Positions 52,563 to 62,435 of a stretch of 64,000 bases of DNA are shown here, in pieces. This DNA is from an uncultured Gammaproteobacteria bacterium. GTDB taxonomy: Bacteria; Cyanobacteriota; Vampirovibrionia; Gastranaerophilales; Gastranaerophilaceae. How positions within the stretch are numbered: position 1 is the first letter of the stretch; each line of letters begins with the position of its first letter. Both the position numbers and the translations under genes were made by a program. The notes beneath the pieces are model-generated. The model had not been told where the DNA came from. It was given only the letters and a program-made list of their open reading frames with translations, and made no database searches. The DNA is taken from positions 516,986 to 580,985 of the forward strand of contig CAYXRM010000001.1 of NCBI GenBank assembly GCA_964467625.1, in the 5' to 3' direction.

Positions 52563-54584
52563 TTAATCTACAAGCCCTTTGTAGAGAGTGTCAATTTTGT
52601 TTTTAGCTTGAGTTTTTAGTTCTTCGTTATCTGAAAATTCAATAAATTTTTCATAATTATAAATTGCAAGGTTTTTGTTTTCTTCTTTTTCATAACACTT
52701 ACCAAGTCCCCAATAAGCGTATGAATAATGTGAATTTACATCAATTGTTTTTTGAAAATATTCTTTTGCTTTTTCAAAATCATCTTTGTCAAATGCGCAA
52801 AGACCCAAATTAAAGATAGCATCTGCATTATTAGGGTTTATAACAAGTGCCTTGTTGTAAAATTCTTCGGCATTTTGCGGGTCGTTTAAATATTTGTGCA
52901 TAGAGCCGATTTTAACAAAAAGGTTGTCGTCTTCTTTTTCTTGAATAAGGGTTTCATATGCTTCAAGTGCTTTTTTATAATCTGAAGTTTTAGCATAACT
53001 GTCCCCTAAAACTTCAAGCAAATTGACATCCTTGTTGTCTAGCTCATACGCTTTTTTATAGACATCTTGCGCCATTTGTTCTTCGCCAATTCTTGTCAAG
53101 GAGTTTGCAAATTCAACGAAAACATCTTTTTCATCCGGTGCAACCTGAATGGCTTTTTCAAAATTTTCAACCACTTTGTTTTTTGAACCTAAGTTTTCAT
53201 AAGTTTTTGCAAGCCCGATGTATCCTTTCGGATTTTCAGGGTCTTCTTCAATTGCGCTTGTAAAGGTTTGTTTTGCTTTTTTATAATCTTTAAGATTGAG
53301 TGAATATTCTCCCCAATTTATTAAATTCAAATATGTCTCATCCATAATATTTTTTTGAGTTAATCCAAAAGGGATAAGCTCTTGATTTTCGTATAAACTA
53401 AGCTTTTTGTATATGGTATCGGCATTTTTAAATTCTTCAAGTGCACTAAGGCAAAGCGCCTTGTTGTATAGCGCTCTTAAATTTTTTGAATTTTGTGAAA
53501 GTTCTTCTTCATAAAGATTTAGTGCTTCTTCATAGTTTCCGTTTTGATAATAACTTTTTCCAAGTTCATTTTTAATATCAAAATCTGAAGAAATTTTTGT
53601 GCCCTGTTTTAAAATTTCAATTGCACTTATATTGTTTCCTTCTTTTTGATAAATTGCACCAAGTGCAATATATGCGTTTTTATCTTCAGGGTGTGCTTTA
53701 AGGTATTCTTGGTATGCAGCAATTGCATCTTCCTTTTTGCCCATTGTGTTTAAAAGATTTCCGTAATCAAATTTAAGGTCGTTCAATTCAGGGTTTAAGC
53801 TGAATGCGGTTTTATAATTTTCATATGCAAGGTCGTTTTCTTTAAGGTAAGATTGAACAACCGCAAGGTTTCCATATGAAATATAATCTTTTGGATTAAT
53901 TTGTATGGCTTCATTAAAGCATTTTTTTGCATTTGTGTAATCTTTATTTCTTAAATACGCAAGCCCTAATTCTGAGTATTCTTGAAAGGTGTTAGGGTGG
54001 GCAGTTTTAACTTTTTCATACTGTGCAATTGAATTTTTGTAATCTTTTAAATTTAAGTATGAATTTGCAAGAAGGTTTCCAGCCTCTTTGTTGTTGGGGT
54101 AATGTTCAAGAAAATCGTTGTAATATTTGATTGCGTCTTGATATTCACCATTATAGAATTTTGAATTTGCAAGGTTTAGATAGTTGTATTTGTAATCAGG
54201 CATGATGTTTTGAGCTTGAAGGTAAGTGTTATATGCCTCATTGTATGCGCCCTTTTGTTGGTATATGTTGCCAAGGCTGACATATAAAAAGGCATCGTTT
54301 GGGTTAATTGTAATTGCCTGTTTGTAGGCTTCAATTGCTTTATCTGTTTGCCCGCTTCTTGCGTATAGCCCTGCAAGTTTAACTGTTAGGGTCAAATCGT
54401 CTTTTGAATTATTAAGCGCCTTTTGAATTAAATCAATAGCTTCATCTACTTTATTATTATTTTCAAATAAAATTGCTTCGGAATACAGTTTGTTTGCTTC
54501 CTTGGACATTTTGGCTTCAGCCCCGTTTAGGGATTGTAAAACCAATACAAGAAAAATAGCATATTTTATAAGTTTTTTGTTCAT
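52563..54584 (-). CDS. Secreted TPR repeat protein
   Basis: 673 aa with a signal peptide (...SLNGAEA) followed by many TPR units (AIEAYKQAITINPNDAFLY...). Confidence 0.7.
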   Translation of the reverse strand: MNKKLIKYAIFLVLVLQSLNGAEAKMSKEANKLYSEAILFENNNKVDEAIDLIQKALNNSKDDLTLTVKLAGLYARSGQTDKAIEAYKQAITINPNDAFLYVSLGNIYQQKGAYNEAYNTYLQAQNIMPDYKYNYLNLANSKFYNGEYQDAIKYYNDFLEHYPNNKEAGNLLANSYLNLKDYKNSIAQYEKVKTAHPNTFQEYSELGLAYLRNKDYTNAKKCFNEAIQINPKDYISYGNLAVVQSYLKENDLAYENYKTAFSLNPELNDLKFDYGNLLNTMGKKEDAIAAYQEYLKAHPEDKNAYIALGAIYQKEGNNISAIEILKQGTKISSDFDIKNELGKSYYQNGNYEEALNLYEEELSQNSKNLRALYNKALCLSALEEFKNADTIYKKLSLYENQELIPFGLTQKNIMDETYLNLINWGEYSLNLKDYKKAKQTFTSAIEEDPENPKGYIGLAKTYENLGSKNKVVENFEKAIQVAPDEKDVFVEFANSLTRIGEEQMAQDVYKKAYELDNKDVNLLEVLGDSYAKTSDYKKALEAYETLIQEKEDDNLFVKIGSMHKYLNDPQNAEEFYNKALVINPNNADAIFNLGLCAFDKDDFEKAKEYFQKTIDVNSHYSYAYWGLGKCYEKEENKNLAIYNYEKFIEFSDNEELKTQAKNKIDTLYKGLVD

Positions 54585-54595
54585 TCCGTATTTCC

Positions 54596-55369
54596 TTAGC
54601 TTACTTTTGTATCTTCCATCACTTTAAATGTTTTGCTTTTTTTGTTTGCTATAATCTCAATATACTTCTTTAAAAGATTAAGGCAAGTTTCTGTTACTCT
54701 TTCATTTACAAGAGAGTCATATTTTGTTGGCACATCAAGAGGTGTTTCAACAAGCGCAATTAAAAATTCTCTTATTTTTTTGTGTAATTTTACATATGGT
54801 GCAATCGTTATGTTGCAATTTGTGCAAACCACGCCACCCATATCAAGGGACAAATAAGCGTCTTCTTCTATTTTGGCTGAACATTTTAAACACCTTTTAA
54901 ATTCAAGTCCAAAGCCCATTTCATTCATAAAGTGAAGTTGAAATTTAATTATATTAAGCTCTGCTTGTGTTTTGTCGGTTGAGTTTTGGATGTTATCAAG
55001 GGTTTTGTACAAAATTGAATATATATTTTCATTTTGCTCTTTATCCTCAGAATTTTCCGCACAGAAAGTGTTTATAATTTCCACAACGTAGAGTGCCATT
55101 GTTAATTTGTCTAAATTGTGCCTTAATTTGTTAAACGTATTTAGGGCGCAGGCTTCTTTTATGATGTCTAAATTTCTTTTTTTGCCCAACATTAAATTGT
55201 TGCAAAATAAAGCTTGCATTCTTGCACCAAGCTTGCTTTTTGGGCGCTTTACCCCCTTTGCAACTCCCTTTATAATCCCCTTTTCTTTTGAAAACATAAC
55301 AACGATGTTATCATTTTCACTTATTGGATATGTTTTTATATTTATTGCATCTGTTGTATAAGTTTCCAT
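54596..55369 (-). CDS. recO: DNA repair protein RecO
   Basis: 257 aa with an N-terminal OB-fold region (TDAINIKTYPISENDNIVVMFSKEKGIIKGVAKG) and a zinc finger (CLKCSAKI...VVCTNC). Confidence 0.75.
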   Translation of the reverse strand: METYTTDAINIKTYPISENDNIVVMFSKEKGIIKGVAKGVKRPKSKLGARMQALFCNNLMLGKKRNLDIIKEACALNTFNKLRHNLDKLTMALYVVEIINTFCAENSEDKEQNENIYSILYKTLDNIQNSTDKTQAELNIIKFQLHFMNEMGFGLEFKRCLKCSAKIEEDAYLSLDMGGVVCTNCNITIAPYVKLHKKIREFLIALVETPLDVPTKYDSLVNERVTETCLNLLKKYIEIIANKKSKTFKVMEDTKVS

Positions 55370-55370
55370 T

Positions 55371-56933
55371 TTATACGTTTACCTTAAGAGAAGACATTTC
55401 GTTGTTTATAAAATTTTCGCAAAGTTCATCCTGAGCTAAAAAATCAGATTTTATTTCGCACATTGGGTAAATTTCATTAAACATTTGCCTGTAATATTCT
55501 TTTCTGGTTGTTTCTTTAGATAGAATATAAACTTTTTTTGGTTTTGAAATTTGATATGCGGATTTTAAAAATTCCATTGTAAGTTTTCTGTCGTTTTCTA
55601 AAGGCGGGTTAATTAAAATCCAAGTGTCCGCGCAAGCCATTGCGCTAAGTGCGTTTATCCAGTAATAAGGGTTTGCGTTTGTTTTGTAATTTTCTGCTTC
55701 ATAAATGTCAGGGTACATAGATGAAGAACAGTTTTTGCACTGTAGGGTTAACACTTTGTTGTGTATTCCGCCAAAATATTCTCTGTTGCCGCATTTAGGG
55801 CAAATAAAGATGTTAGATAAACCAAATAAAGGAATGAGTTTTGTCACTTTTTTGTCTTGGGTGTTTTCGCACACAAGCGGAATTTCAAAGTCTATGTAGT
55901 GTTCAATAAATGTTTTTATAATGTTTTCACTTTTTGAGGTAGTTACAAAATAAACATCTCCTTTGATTGTGTTCAACATTTTTAAAATTTCGCCAATATC
56001 GTCTGTTGGAACATCAACGTTTTTTTTGTTGTAAGAAGCGCTCTCAAGCGGGTTAGCTTCTTTATTTAAACTAATTAAATCAAGTTCATATCTGTAGAAT
56101 TTATTTTGCATATAATCAATTGTGCTTGATTTATCATCATAAAAAACCGCCACATTTTTAAGGGTTGGGATTTTTTCTTCAAGAATGGGGGTATTGTTTA
56201 TTTCTTCTTGCGAAAAATTTAGACTTGTTTGTTCGTTTTGGTCAAAAGAAGGAACTTGTTCTTCCTCTTTTTGTTCTTCATTTTGTTGGGTTTCTATGTT
56301 AGAGGATGTATCAAAAAGTTCTTCTTGAATTTCTTCTTGAAGGTTGTTTTCAAAAACTTCTTCTTCAGGCGCCATATTTAGGGGTTCTTCTTGAAGGTTG
56401 TCTTCAAAAGTTTCTTCTTTAGGCAATATATTCAAGGGTTCTTCTTGAATTTGTTCTTCATTTTTATTTTCTTCAGTATAAAAAGTTTCATTTGGTTGAA
56501 GATTTTCTTGAAAAGATGATATATCTTGTGTGTTTGGATAAATTATATCAATTGGAGAAACATCCTCATTGTCTTTTGATTGGGGGGTTGTGTTATATGC
56601 GGAATTGTCAATTTCGGCACTGTTTTTATCTTGTGTGGTGTCAAAATTGTCACTTTCAACAGATGATATTGTTTCTTCTTGATAAGGAGCGTTGCCGTTT
56701 AGAATGTCTGCTATGGTTCTTGTCAAAAGGTCTTTTATATCATTTGGAATGGTTTGTTCTTCCACATATGATAAAATTTGCCTTAAATCGTCCAAAAGTT
56801 CAAATTTGTAACCTGTGTGATATTTTTCATGTAATTTATGTGCGCCCATTTGAAGAAGTTGCATATCATCTCTTTTAAGCGCAACATAAAGTCTTTTGAT
56901 GGTCATATCTTCTGCTTCAGGAAACGGTGCCAT
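55371..56933 (-). CDS. Hypothetical protein with acidic repeats and C-terminal zinc ribbon, downstream of pilT
   Basis: 520 aa with a strong AAGGAG RBS. Helical N-terminus, an E/Q/N-rich repeat region and a C-terminal domain containing CPKCGN...CKNCSS. No family recognised. Confidence 0.4.
   Translation of the reverse strand: MAPFPEAEDMTIKRLYVALKRDDMQLLQMGAHKLHEKYHTGYKFELLDDLRQILSYVEEQTIPNDIKDLLTRTIADILNGNAPYQEETISSVESDNFDTTQDKNSAEIDNSAYNTTPQSKDNEDVSPIDIIYPNTQDISSFQENLQPNETFYTEENKNEEQIQEEPLNILPKEETFEDNLQEEPLNMAPEEEVFENNLQEEIQEELFDTSSNIETQQNEEQKEEEQVPSFDQNEQTSLNFSQEEINNTPILEEKIPTLKNVAVFYDDKSSTIDYMQNKFYRYELDLISLNKEANPLESASYNKKNVDVPTDDIGEILKMLNTIKGDVYFVTTSKSENIIKTFIEHYIDFEIPLVCENTQDKKVTKLIPLFGLSNIFICPKCGNREYFGGIHNKVLTLQCKNCSSSMYPDIYEAENYKTNANPYYWINALSAMACADTWILINPPLENDRKLTMEFLKSAYQISKPKKVYILSKETTRKEYYRQMFNEIYPMCEIKSDFLAQDELCENFINNEMSSLKVNV
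56333..56440. repeat. Tandem 54-bp repeat (two full units) inside the 520-aa ORF
   Basis: Units 56333-56386 and 56387-56440 encode QEEPLNMAPEEEVFENNL and QEEPLNILPKEETFEDNL. Partial units flank them. Confidence 0.8.
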
Positions 56934-56946
56934 ATTTTTCTCCTTT

Positions 56947-58047
56947 TTAAATTAAACTTTCGTTGGAATTGAAGTCGCCCGTGCCGTGGTATATACCCCT
57001 CATCATTTGAAGGAGTTCTGTCGGGTTGTTGCTGACATCAATTGCGGTTTCTTTTTCAACAATGCCAAGCCTGTATAAATTGTATATAGATGCATTCATT
57101 GTGCAAAGGGTGCTGGAGTTTGATCTCACAAGCAATTGGTCAATTTCATTCATTTTGTCTTTTGCGATATAGTCTGAAATTGCGGGAGTGGTCATCATTA
57201 ATTCAAGTGCAGGTGCCACGCCGCCAGTTTTTTTTGGAACCAGTTTTTGAGCGATTGTGCCCCTTAGGGTTGTAGAGAGTCTTTTTCTCACAAAATCTTT
57301 TTGGTCAGAATCAAAAAGACCAATAATTCTGTTTATTGTTTGAGTTGCAGAGTTTGTGTGCAGGGTAGACAAAACAAAGTGTCCGGTTTCGGCAGCCTGT
57401 ATTGCGGCTTCAACCGTTTCTCTGTCCCTTATTTCACCTATTATAATCATGTCGGGGTCTTGTCTTAGGGCATATTTCATCCCGCTTGGAAAATCCGGAA
57501 CGTCAATTCCCAACCCTCTTTGTGTAATAAGGCAATTTTTATCCGTATATAAAAATTCGATAGGGTCTTCAAGTGAAATAATGTGCTTTCTTTTTGTTTT
57601 GTTAATGTTTTCAACCAAAGAAGCAATTGTTGTAGATTTGCCTGAACCCGTTGGGCCTGTGATTAAAAGAATTCCGTTGTTGAAATCCGCAAATTGCCAA
57701 ATACTTGAAGGAAGCATAAGGTCGTCAAAAGTGGGTATATCATACGGAATAAGCCTCATGGTTAATTTTGGCATACCTAAATCTTTACAGTAATTTACCC
57801 TGTATCTTGAAACTCCTTTGAGTTCGTATGTGAAGTCTAAATCAAGAACGTGGGAAATTTTCCCTCTTATATCTTTGTGTAATACAGTGTCCAAAATGCC
57901 GTCAAAATCTTCTTCTGTAAGTGGGGGCTCATCCAGTTTTATCATTTCCCCTGCAATTCTTAAAGAAGGTTTTTTTCCTAAAGAAAGATGTACGTCAGAT
58001 GCCTTTGTTTTAGACACTTTTTTCAGAAATTCATTTATATTAAACAT
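56947..58047 (-). CDS. pilT: Type IV pilus retraction ATPase PilT
   Basis: 366 aa. ASDVHLS, Walker A GPTGSGKSTT, IGEIRD, GHFVLSTLHTNSA and the PilT-specific AxxIRExK-like region. Confidence 0.9.
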   Translation of the reverse strand: MFNINEFLKKVSKTKASDVHLSLGKKPSLRIAGEMIKLDEPPLTEEDFDGILDTVLHKDIRGKISHVLDLDFTYELKGVSRYRVNYCKDLGMPKLTMRLIPYDIPTFDDLMLPSSIWQFADFNNGILLITGPTGSGKSTTIASLVENINKTKRKHIISLEDPIEFLYTDKNCLITQRGLGIDVPDFPSGMKYALRQDPDMIIIGEIRDRETVEAAIQAAETGHFVLSTLHTNSATQTINRIIGLFDSDQKDFVRKRLSTTLRGTIAQKLVPKKTGGVAPALELMMTTPAISDYIAKDKMNEIDQLLVRSNSSTLCTMNASIYNLYRLGIVEKETAIDVSNNPTELLQMMRGIYHGTGDFNSNESLI

Positions 58048-58239
58048 TATTAACCTCTAAGATTTTACCGTTTATTAATATAATAGCCCATAACTCTTTT
58101 TGTGGTTAGTTTGTAACGAAGTTTTTTATTTTTTGTTAACAAATGTTAACTATGAGAAATTGCAGGGGCAATTTTTAGATTAAAAATTTTTTTATTTGAA
58201 TATAGGTTAGTATAAGATTATTTTGGAAGGAAGTTTTGT

Positions 58240-58956
58240 ATGAGTTTAACATCAATTAACAACCAATATCTGGGACTCAACGGTCTTGCAGGCGGATATT
58301 CAGGTTATTGCGGCGGTGCTGCAGGACTTTACAGTGATGCTAATACGCAGACTGTAAAAAACAACATTGAAAATGCTTATGAAATTAGTGCAACATCTAA
58401 TTCTTATGCAAACAAGTCTTCTGTTTCTTCTTCAAGCTTTACTCAACAGTGCCAAACAATTCAGTATCTTTTAGAACAAGGCAGAACTGATGAAGCTATG
58501 ACAAAATATGAACAACTTTATAACGATATGGCGGCAAACCCTTATTACGAAGGATATGGCGAAAACGAAATTAAAACTTTATTGCAAGAACAATATATGA
58601 GCGCAACCGGTTCTTCTTTGGTAAATGCGATTGAAAATAATTCAGGTTCTTCATTTACAACAAGTTTATCATCTTCAATACCGGTTTTGGGCTTATTAAC
58701 CGAAGGCAAGTCAAAGGATGATTTTATTTCAGAAGTTACGGGAACGGGTGCTTCTAAGGCTTCAGTGGCAGGAAGCGTTGCAGGTACTGTAGCAGGTGCG
58801 GCTACAAGTGCAGGGGCAGGCGTTTTAACTTCAATTGCAATCGGTGCTGCAAGAGGTAAGAAAACCGGCAAAGTCGGTATGATTGTAGGCGGAATTATAG
58901 GCGCTGCAACCTCATTGCTCACAAACCTTACAAATAAAAGCGTAAAGAGCAATTAA
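58240..58956 (+). CDS. Hypothetical protein with Gly/Ala/Ser-rich glycine-zipper C-terminus
   Basis: 238 aa with a GGAAGGAAG RBS. The C-terminus is GSVAGTVAGAATSAGAGVLTSIAIGAARG...GMIVGGIIGAATSLL (GxxxG-type membrane segments). Confidence 0.4.
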   Translation: MSLTSINNQYLGLNGLAGGYSGYCGGAAGLYSDANTQTVKNNIENAYEISATSNSYANKSSVSSSSFTQQCQTIQYLLEQGRTDEAMTKYEQLYNDMAANPYYEGYGENEIKTLLQEQYMSATGSSLVNAIENNSGSSFTTSLSSSIPVLGLLTEGKSKDDFISEVTGTGASKASVAGSVAGTVAGAATSAGAGVLTSIAIGAARGKKTGKVGMIVGGIIGAATSLLTNLTNKSVKSN

Positions 58957-59000
58957 AATATTTTATACAAACTTCTTATAATCCTAAATACCTGTACTAC

Positions 59001-59036
59001 AAGACAAGTGCGCCATAGTGCCTTGTCTTTTTTTTT
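59001..59036 (+). terminator. Rho-independent terminator
   Basis: AAGACAAG (59001-59008) pairs with CTTGTCTT (59022-59029), with a 13-nt loop, followed by a T-run to 59036. Confidence 0.55.
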
Positions 59037-59574
59037 ATATGGAATAGCCAAATTCAAAAGATTTTATATTTAGTTCAAGAAATTCGGGCTTTTTTGATGA
59101 AGAAACTTTTTTTAAGGCGGATAAAACATTTTCTTTTGATAAAATGTTTGTCTTTTTAATAAAAGCGCCAAGTGCGACAATATTCAATAAAAGATTTTTG
59201 TCATGTTCAAAAATTTCATCGCTTAAGGGTTTGAATAAATATTCTACATCATCCCTGTTTTGGATGTTCCCTGTCATTGACGAATTTGCAAGAATGAACC
59301 CGTCTTTTTTAATTAAATTTTCAAACTTTTCAAACGCCTGTTTAGATAAAAATATTCCCATATCGGCTTTATCAAAAATTGGTGCTGCGATTTCATTGTC
59401 AGAAACAACAACGTAACAATTTGCGCTCCCGCCTCTCATTTCAGCTCCGTAGCTTGGTATCCAAGTTGTGTTTTTATTCTCAAGTAAGGCACTGTGCGCA
59501 ATTATTGTTCCTAAAAACAAAACGCCCTGTCCGCCAAATCCTGAAACTATAATGTTTGTTTGTTTATCTGCCAT
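59035..59574 (-). CDS. 2-oxoacid:ferredoxin oxidoreductase, gamma subunit
   Basis: The track start 59598 is TTG. ATG 59574 gives MADKQTNIIVSGFGGQGVLFLG, typical of the gamma subunit N-terminus. Confidence 0.8.
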   Translation of the reverse strand: MADKQTNIIVSGFGGQGVLFLGTIIAHSALLENKNTTWIPSYGAEMRGGSANCYVVVSDNEIAAPIFDKADMGIFLSKQAFEKFENLIKKDGFILANSSMTGNIQNRDDVEYLFKPLSDEIFEHDKNLLLNIVALGAFIKKTNILSKENVLSALKKVSSSKKPEFLELNIKSFEFGYSI

Positions 59575-60331
59575 TTGTTGTATCCTTAAAAACCCCAAGC
59601 TTATGTGTTTTTGTGATTTCTTTTTCTATAAATTTCATTGCATCAACAGGACTCATTTTCCAGCCTGTAGGGCATGTGGTTAAAACTTCAACAAAGCTAA
59701 AGCCAAGCCCTTTTAATTGATTTTCAAAAGCTTTTTTTATTGCTCTTTTTGTTTGGATTATGCTTTTTGGATTAAATATCCCGCACCTTTCCACATAACA
59801 TGCTCCATCACACAGAGCAACCATTTCAGATATTTTAAGAGGGTATCCAAACATTTTAGGGTCACGCCCCAAAGGAGTTGTGGCGGTTTTTTGCCCGATA
59901 ATACTTGTGGCACTTGCTTGCCCGCCTGTCATGCCGAAGTTAGTATTGTTGATACATATTGTTGTAATATTTTCACCCCTGCATGCGGTGTGGATTGTTT
60001 CGTTCATACCGATTGTGGCAGCGTCACCGTCCCCTTGGTATGTAAATACAACTTTATCTGGTCTTGCACGTTTAACTCCCGTTGCAACGCAAGGCGCACG
60101 TCCGTGAGAGGAGCCTACAACGTCTAAGTCATAATATTTTTCAAGACAAATGGAACACCCGACAGCGGCAACCGCAATTGTGTTTGCCTGAACATTTAAT
60201 TCATCAATGCATTCTGCTACAAGCCTTAAGACTATACCGTGTCCGCAGCCTGCACAAAATGTGTAATCGTAATCTTCTTTAATTGTTTTTGGTCTTTGAA
60301 AGACAACCTTTTTTTCCACTATTTCAGACAT
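59564..60331 (-). CDS. 2-oxoacid:ferredoxin oxidoreductase, beta (TPP-binding) subunit
   Basis: 255 aa. FCAGCGHG, GDGD..TIG..E and INNTNFGMTGGQ are TPP-binding motifs. Confidence 0.85.
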   Translation of the reverse strand: MSEIVEKKVVFQRPKTIKEDYDYTFCAGCGHGIVLRLVAECIDELNVQANTIAVAAVGCSICLEKYYDLDVVGSSHGRAPCVATGVKRARPDKVVFTYQGDGDAATIGMNETIHTACRGENITTICINNTNFGMTGGQASATSIIGQKTATTPLGRDPKMFGYPLKISEMVALCDGACYVERCGIFNPKSIIQTKRAIKKAFENQLKGLGFSFVEVLTTCPTGWKMSPVDAMKFIEKEITKTHKLGVFKDTTNGR

Positions 60332-61395
60332 TTATCTTTTATTTCCATAGCTTTTTTTATAATATCACCTGCTTTTATGACATCCCCGCCCAATTTTGTG
60401 AGGGTGTCAAAGTATACATCGTTATCAATAGAAGCCTTAACGTCAAGTGCCATTTGTCCTTCGTTCATCTCAACGTCCAAAATTGCCTTAACCTGTTTAG
60501 CTTTTAAACTTATAATTTTTTTAGGGAACGGCCAAAGGGTAATCGGACGCACCATGCCGATTTTTACACCCTGCTCTCTAAGGGTTAAAATGGCGCTTTT
60601 TGCAACACGTGCAACTGTGCCGAATGCGGTTATCATAATTTCGGCATCTTCCATCATAAATTCTTCGTATAAAACTTCTTTTTCTTCAAGTTCTTTATAT
60701 TTTGCTTGTAATTTTCTATTTAAAACAATAAGGTCATCCCCTTGCATATGAAGGGAAACAAGTTTTCTTGGCGGACGCTTTTTATCGCCTTTGCCGACAC
60801 CTGTTAACTCCCAACTTGAAGAATCAACTTTGCCAAAATCATATTTTTTAAATTCCACAGGCTCCATCATTTGACCCAAAAAGCCGTCTGCAAGAAGCAT
60901 TGCAGGGTTTTTATATTTCCATGCCAGATGAAACACTCTATGAGTAAATTCAACCGCCTCATTGATTGTGGATGGGGCAAGAACAATTGTGTGATAGTCA
61001 CCGTTTCCGCCGCCTTTTGTGGCTTGGAAGTAATCCCCTTGAGATGCAATAATGTGCCCCAACCCGGGGCCTGAGCGCATAACAGAAATTATAACTCCCG
61101 GGATTTCTGCTGTTGCCATAGCTGAAATTGCCTCTTGCATAAGAGCAATAGCGCAAGAAGAAGAACTTGTCATAGCTGGTATTCCGGTAGAACAAGCACC
61201 GATTACCATATTAATGGCAGCAAGTTCAGATTCTGCGTTTATGTATGTTTTGTTTAATTCAGGCATGGTTTTTGACATAAACTCCCCGATTTCATTTTGG
61301 GGGGTAATCGGGTATGCAAAATAGCATTGAAGACCTGCATCTATTGCAGCTTTTGCAATTGCAATGTTGCCTTTTATTAAAACTTTTTCAGCCAC
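60319..61395 (-). CDS. 2-oxoacid:ferredoxin oxidoreductase, alpha subunit
   Basis: 358 aa with a GTG start overlapping the delta-subunit stop. GNIAIAKAAIDAG...YPITPQNEI is typical of alpha subunits. Confidence 0.85.
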   Translation of the reverse strand: MAEKVLIKGNIAIAKAAIDAGLQCYFAYPITPQNEIGEFMSKTMPELNKTYINAESELAAINMVIGACSTGIPAMTSSSSCAIALMQEAISAMATAEIPGVIISVMRSGPGLGHIIASQGDYFQATKGGGNGDYHTIVLAPSTINEAVEFTHRVFHLAWKYKNPAMLLADGFLGQMMEPVEFKKYDFGKVDSSSWELTGVGKGDKKRPPRKLVSLHMQGDDLIVLNRKLQAKYKELEEKEVLYEEFMMEDAEIMITAFGTVARVAKSAILTLREQGVKIGMVRPITLWPFPKKIISLKAKQVKAILDVEMNEGQMALDVKASIDNDVYFDTLTKLGGDVIKAGDIIKKAMEIKDKCLK

Positions 61396-61604
61396 TATTT
61401 TATAACCTCTTTAATTGCAATTTCAGGACATGAAATTGCACACAGTGTACATGCGGTACATTTATTTTCCGTATCACAAAATTCTGCCGTCACAACCCCG
61501 CTTGAGTTGGTTGTTTTTGAATATCGAATAAGCTTGTTCGGGCAAACTTCCATACAAATTCCGCAGCTTTTACATTTTTCAAAATCAATAATTATTTTTG
61601 ACAT
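61395..61604 (-). CDS. 4Fe-4S ferredoxin-type delta subunit
   Basis: 69 aa with two CxxCxxCxxxCP motifs (CKSCGICMEVCP, CTACTLCAISCP). The delta-alpha-beta-gamma gene order fits KOR/VOR-type enzymes rather than the por gamma-delta-alpha-beta order. Confidence 0.8.
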   Translation of the reverse strand: MSKIIIDFEKCKSCGICMEVCPNKLIRYSKTTNSSGVVTAEFCDTENKCTACTLCAISCPEIAIKEVIK

Positions 61605-61713
61605 AAGTATATTCTAGCACTTAATTTAAAAATATACTCTTGTGCAAACAAAACTTTACAACTATAAACAAAGTATAAAAATTATTATAGAATATATAAA
61701 AAAAGGAAGTTTT

Positions 61714-62418
61714 ATGGAAAAAGAATTCAAGCCCTGTATTTTAATACCCACGTATAATGAAGCTGAAAATATAAAAAAATTAATATTAAAAATTTTTGAA
61801 ATTGTGCCTGAAATTTGTCTTTTTATAATTGATGACAATTCGCCCGATAATACGGCAGAAATTGTTCATTCAATGTGTGATAAACGAATTTTTATTTTAA
61901 AAAGGACGAAAAAACAAGGCTTGGCTTCAGCCTATAAAGACGGGTTTAGGTATGCTAAAAATTTAGGGTTTAATGCGTTTATTCAAATGGATGCAGATTT
62001 TTCCCACAACCCTGCGTATTTACCTTTAATGCTTCAAAATTTAAAAAAATATGATTTTGTGGTGGCTTCAAGAAACATTAAAGGGGGAAAAACTGAAAAC
62101 TGGGGAATATTAAGAAAATTGATTTCAAAGGCAGGCTCTTTTTATTCAAAAATGGTTCTGACATGTCCCATAAATGATTTAACAGGTGGTTTTAACGGTT
62201 GGAATTTAAATGTGATAAATGAAATTGATATGGAAAATTTAATATCAAAAGGGTATTCTTTTCAAATTGAAATGAAATACAGGGCCTATAAAAACGGGTT
62301 TAAGTTTATTGAATTTCCGATAGTTTTCCCGAACAGGAAAAACGGAGTTTCCAAAATGAATAAAGAAATTTTTTTCGAGGCACTAAAAAACGTGGTTAAA
62401 ATTCGTTTTTCAAAATAA
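61714..62418 (+). CDS. GT2 polyprenyl-phosphate glycosyltransferase (Dpm1/ArnC-like)
   Basis: The track start 61642 is GTG. ATG 61714 follows AAGGAAG and gives MEKEFKPCILIPTYNEAENI. Also IIDDNSPDNT and QMDADFSH (DxD). Confidence 0.8.
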   Translation: MEKEFKPCILIPTYNEAENIKKLILKIFEIVPEICLFIIDDNSPDNTAEIVHSMCDKRIFILKRTKKQGLASAYKDGFRYAKNLGFNAFIQMDADFSHNPAYLPLMLQNLKKYDFVVASRNIKGGKTENWGILRKLISKAGSFYSKMVLTCPINDLTGGFNGWNLNVINEIDMENLISKGYSFQIEMKYRAYKNGFKFIEFPIVFPNRKNGVSKMNKEIFFEALKNVVKIRFSK

Positions 62419-62435
62419 AAAAGAAAGTTAATTTT

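Noticed and set aside
58134-58150. TGTTAAC-AAA-TGTTAAC direct repeat between pilT and the glycine-zipper gene
   Set aside because: It is short, AT-rich and contains the self-complementary GTTAAC. It could easily arise by chance, and no associated regulator is evident.
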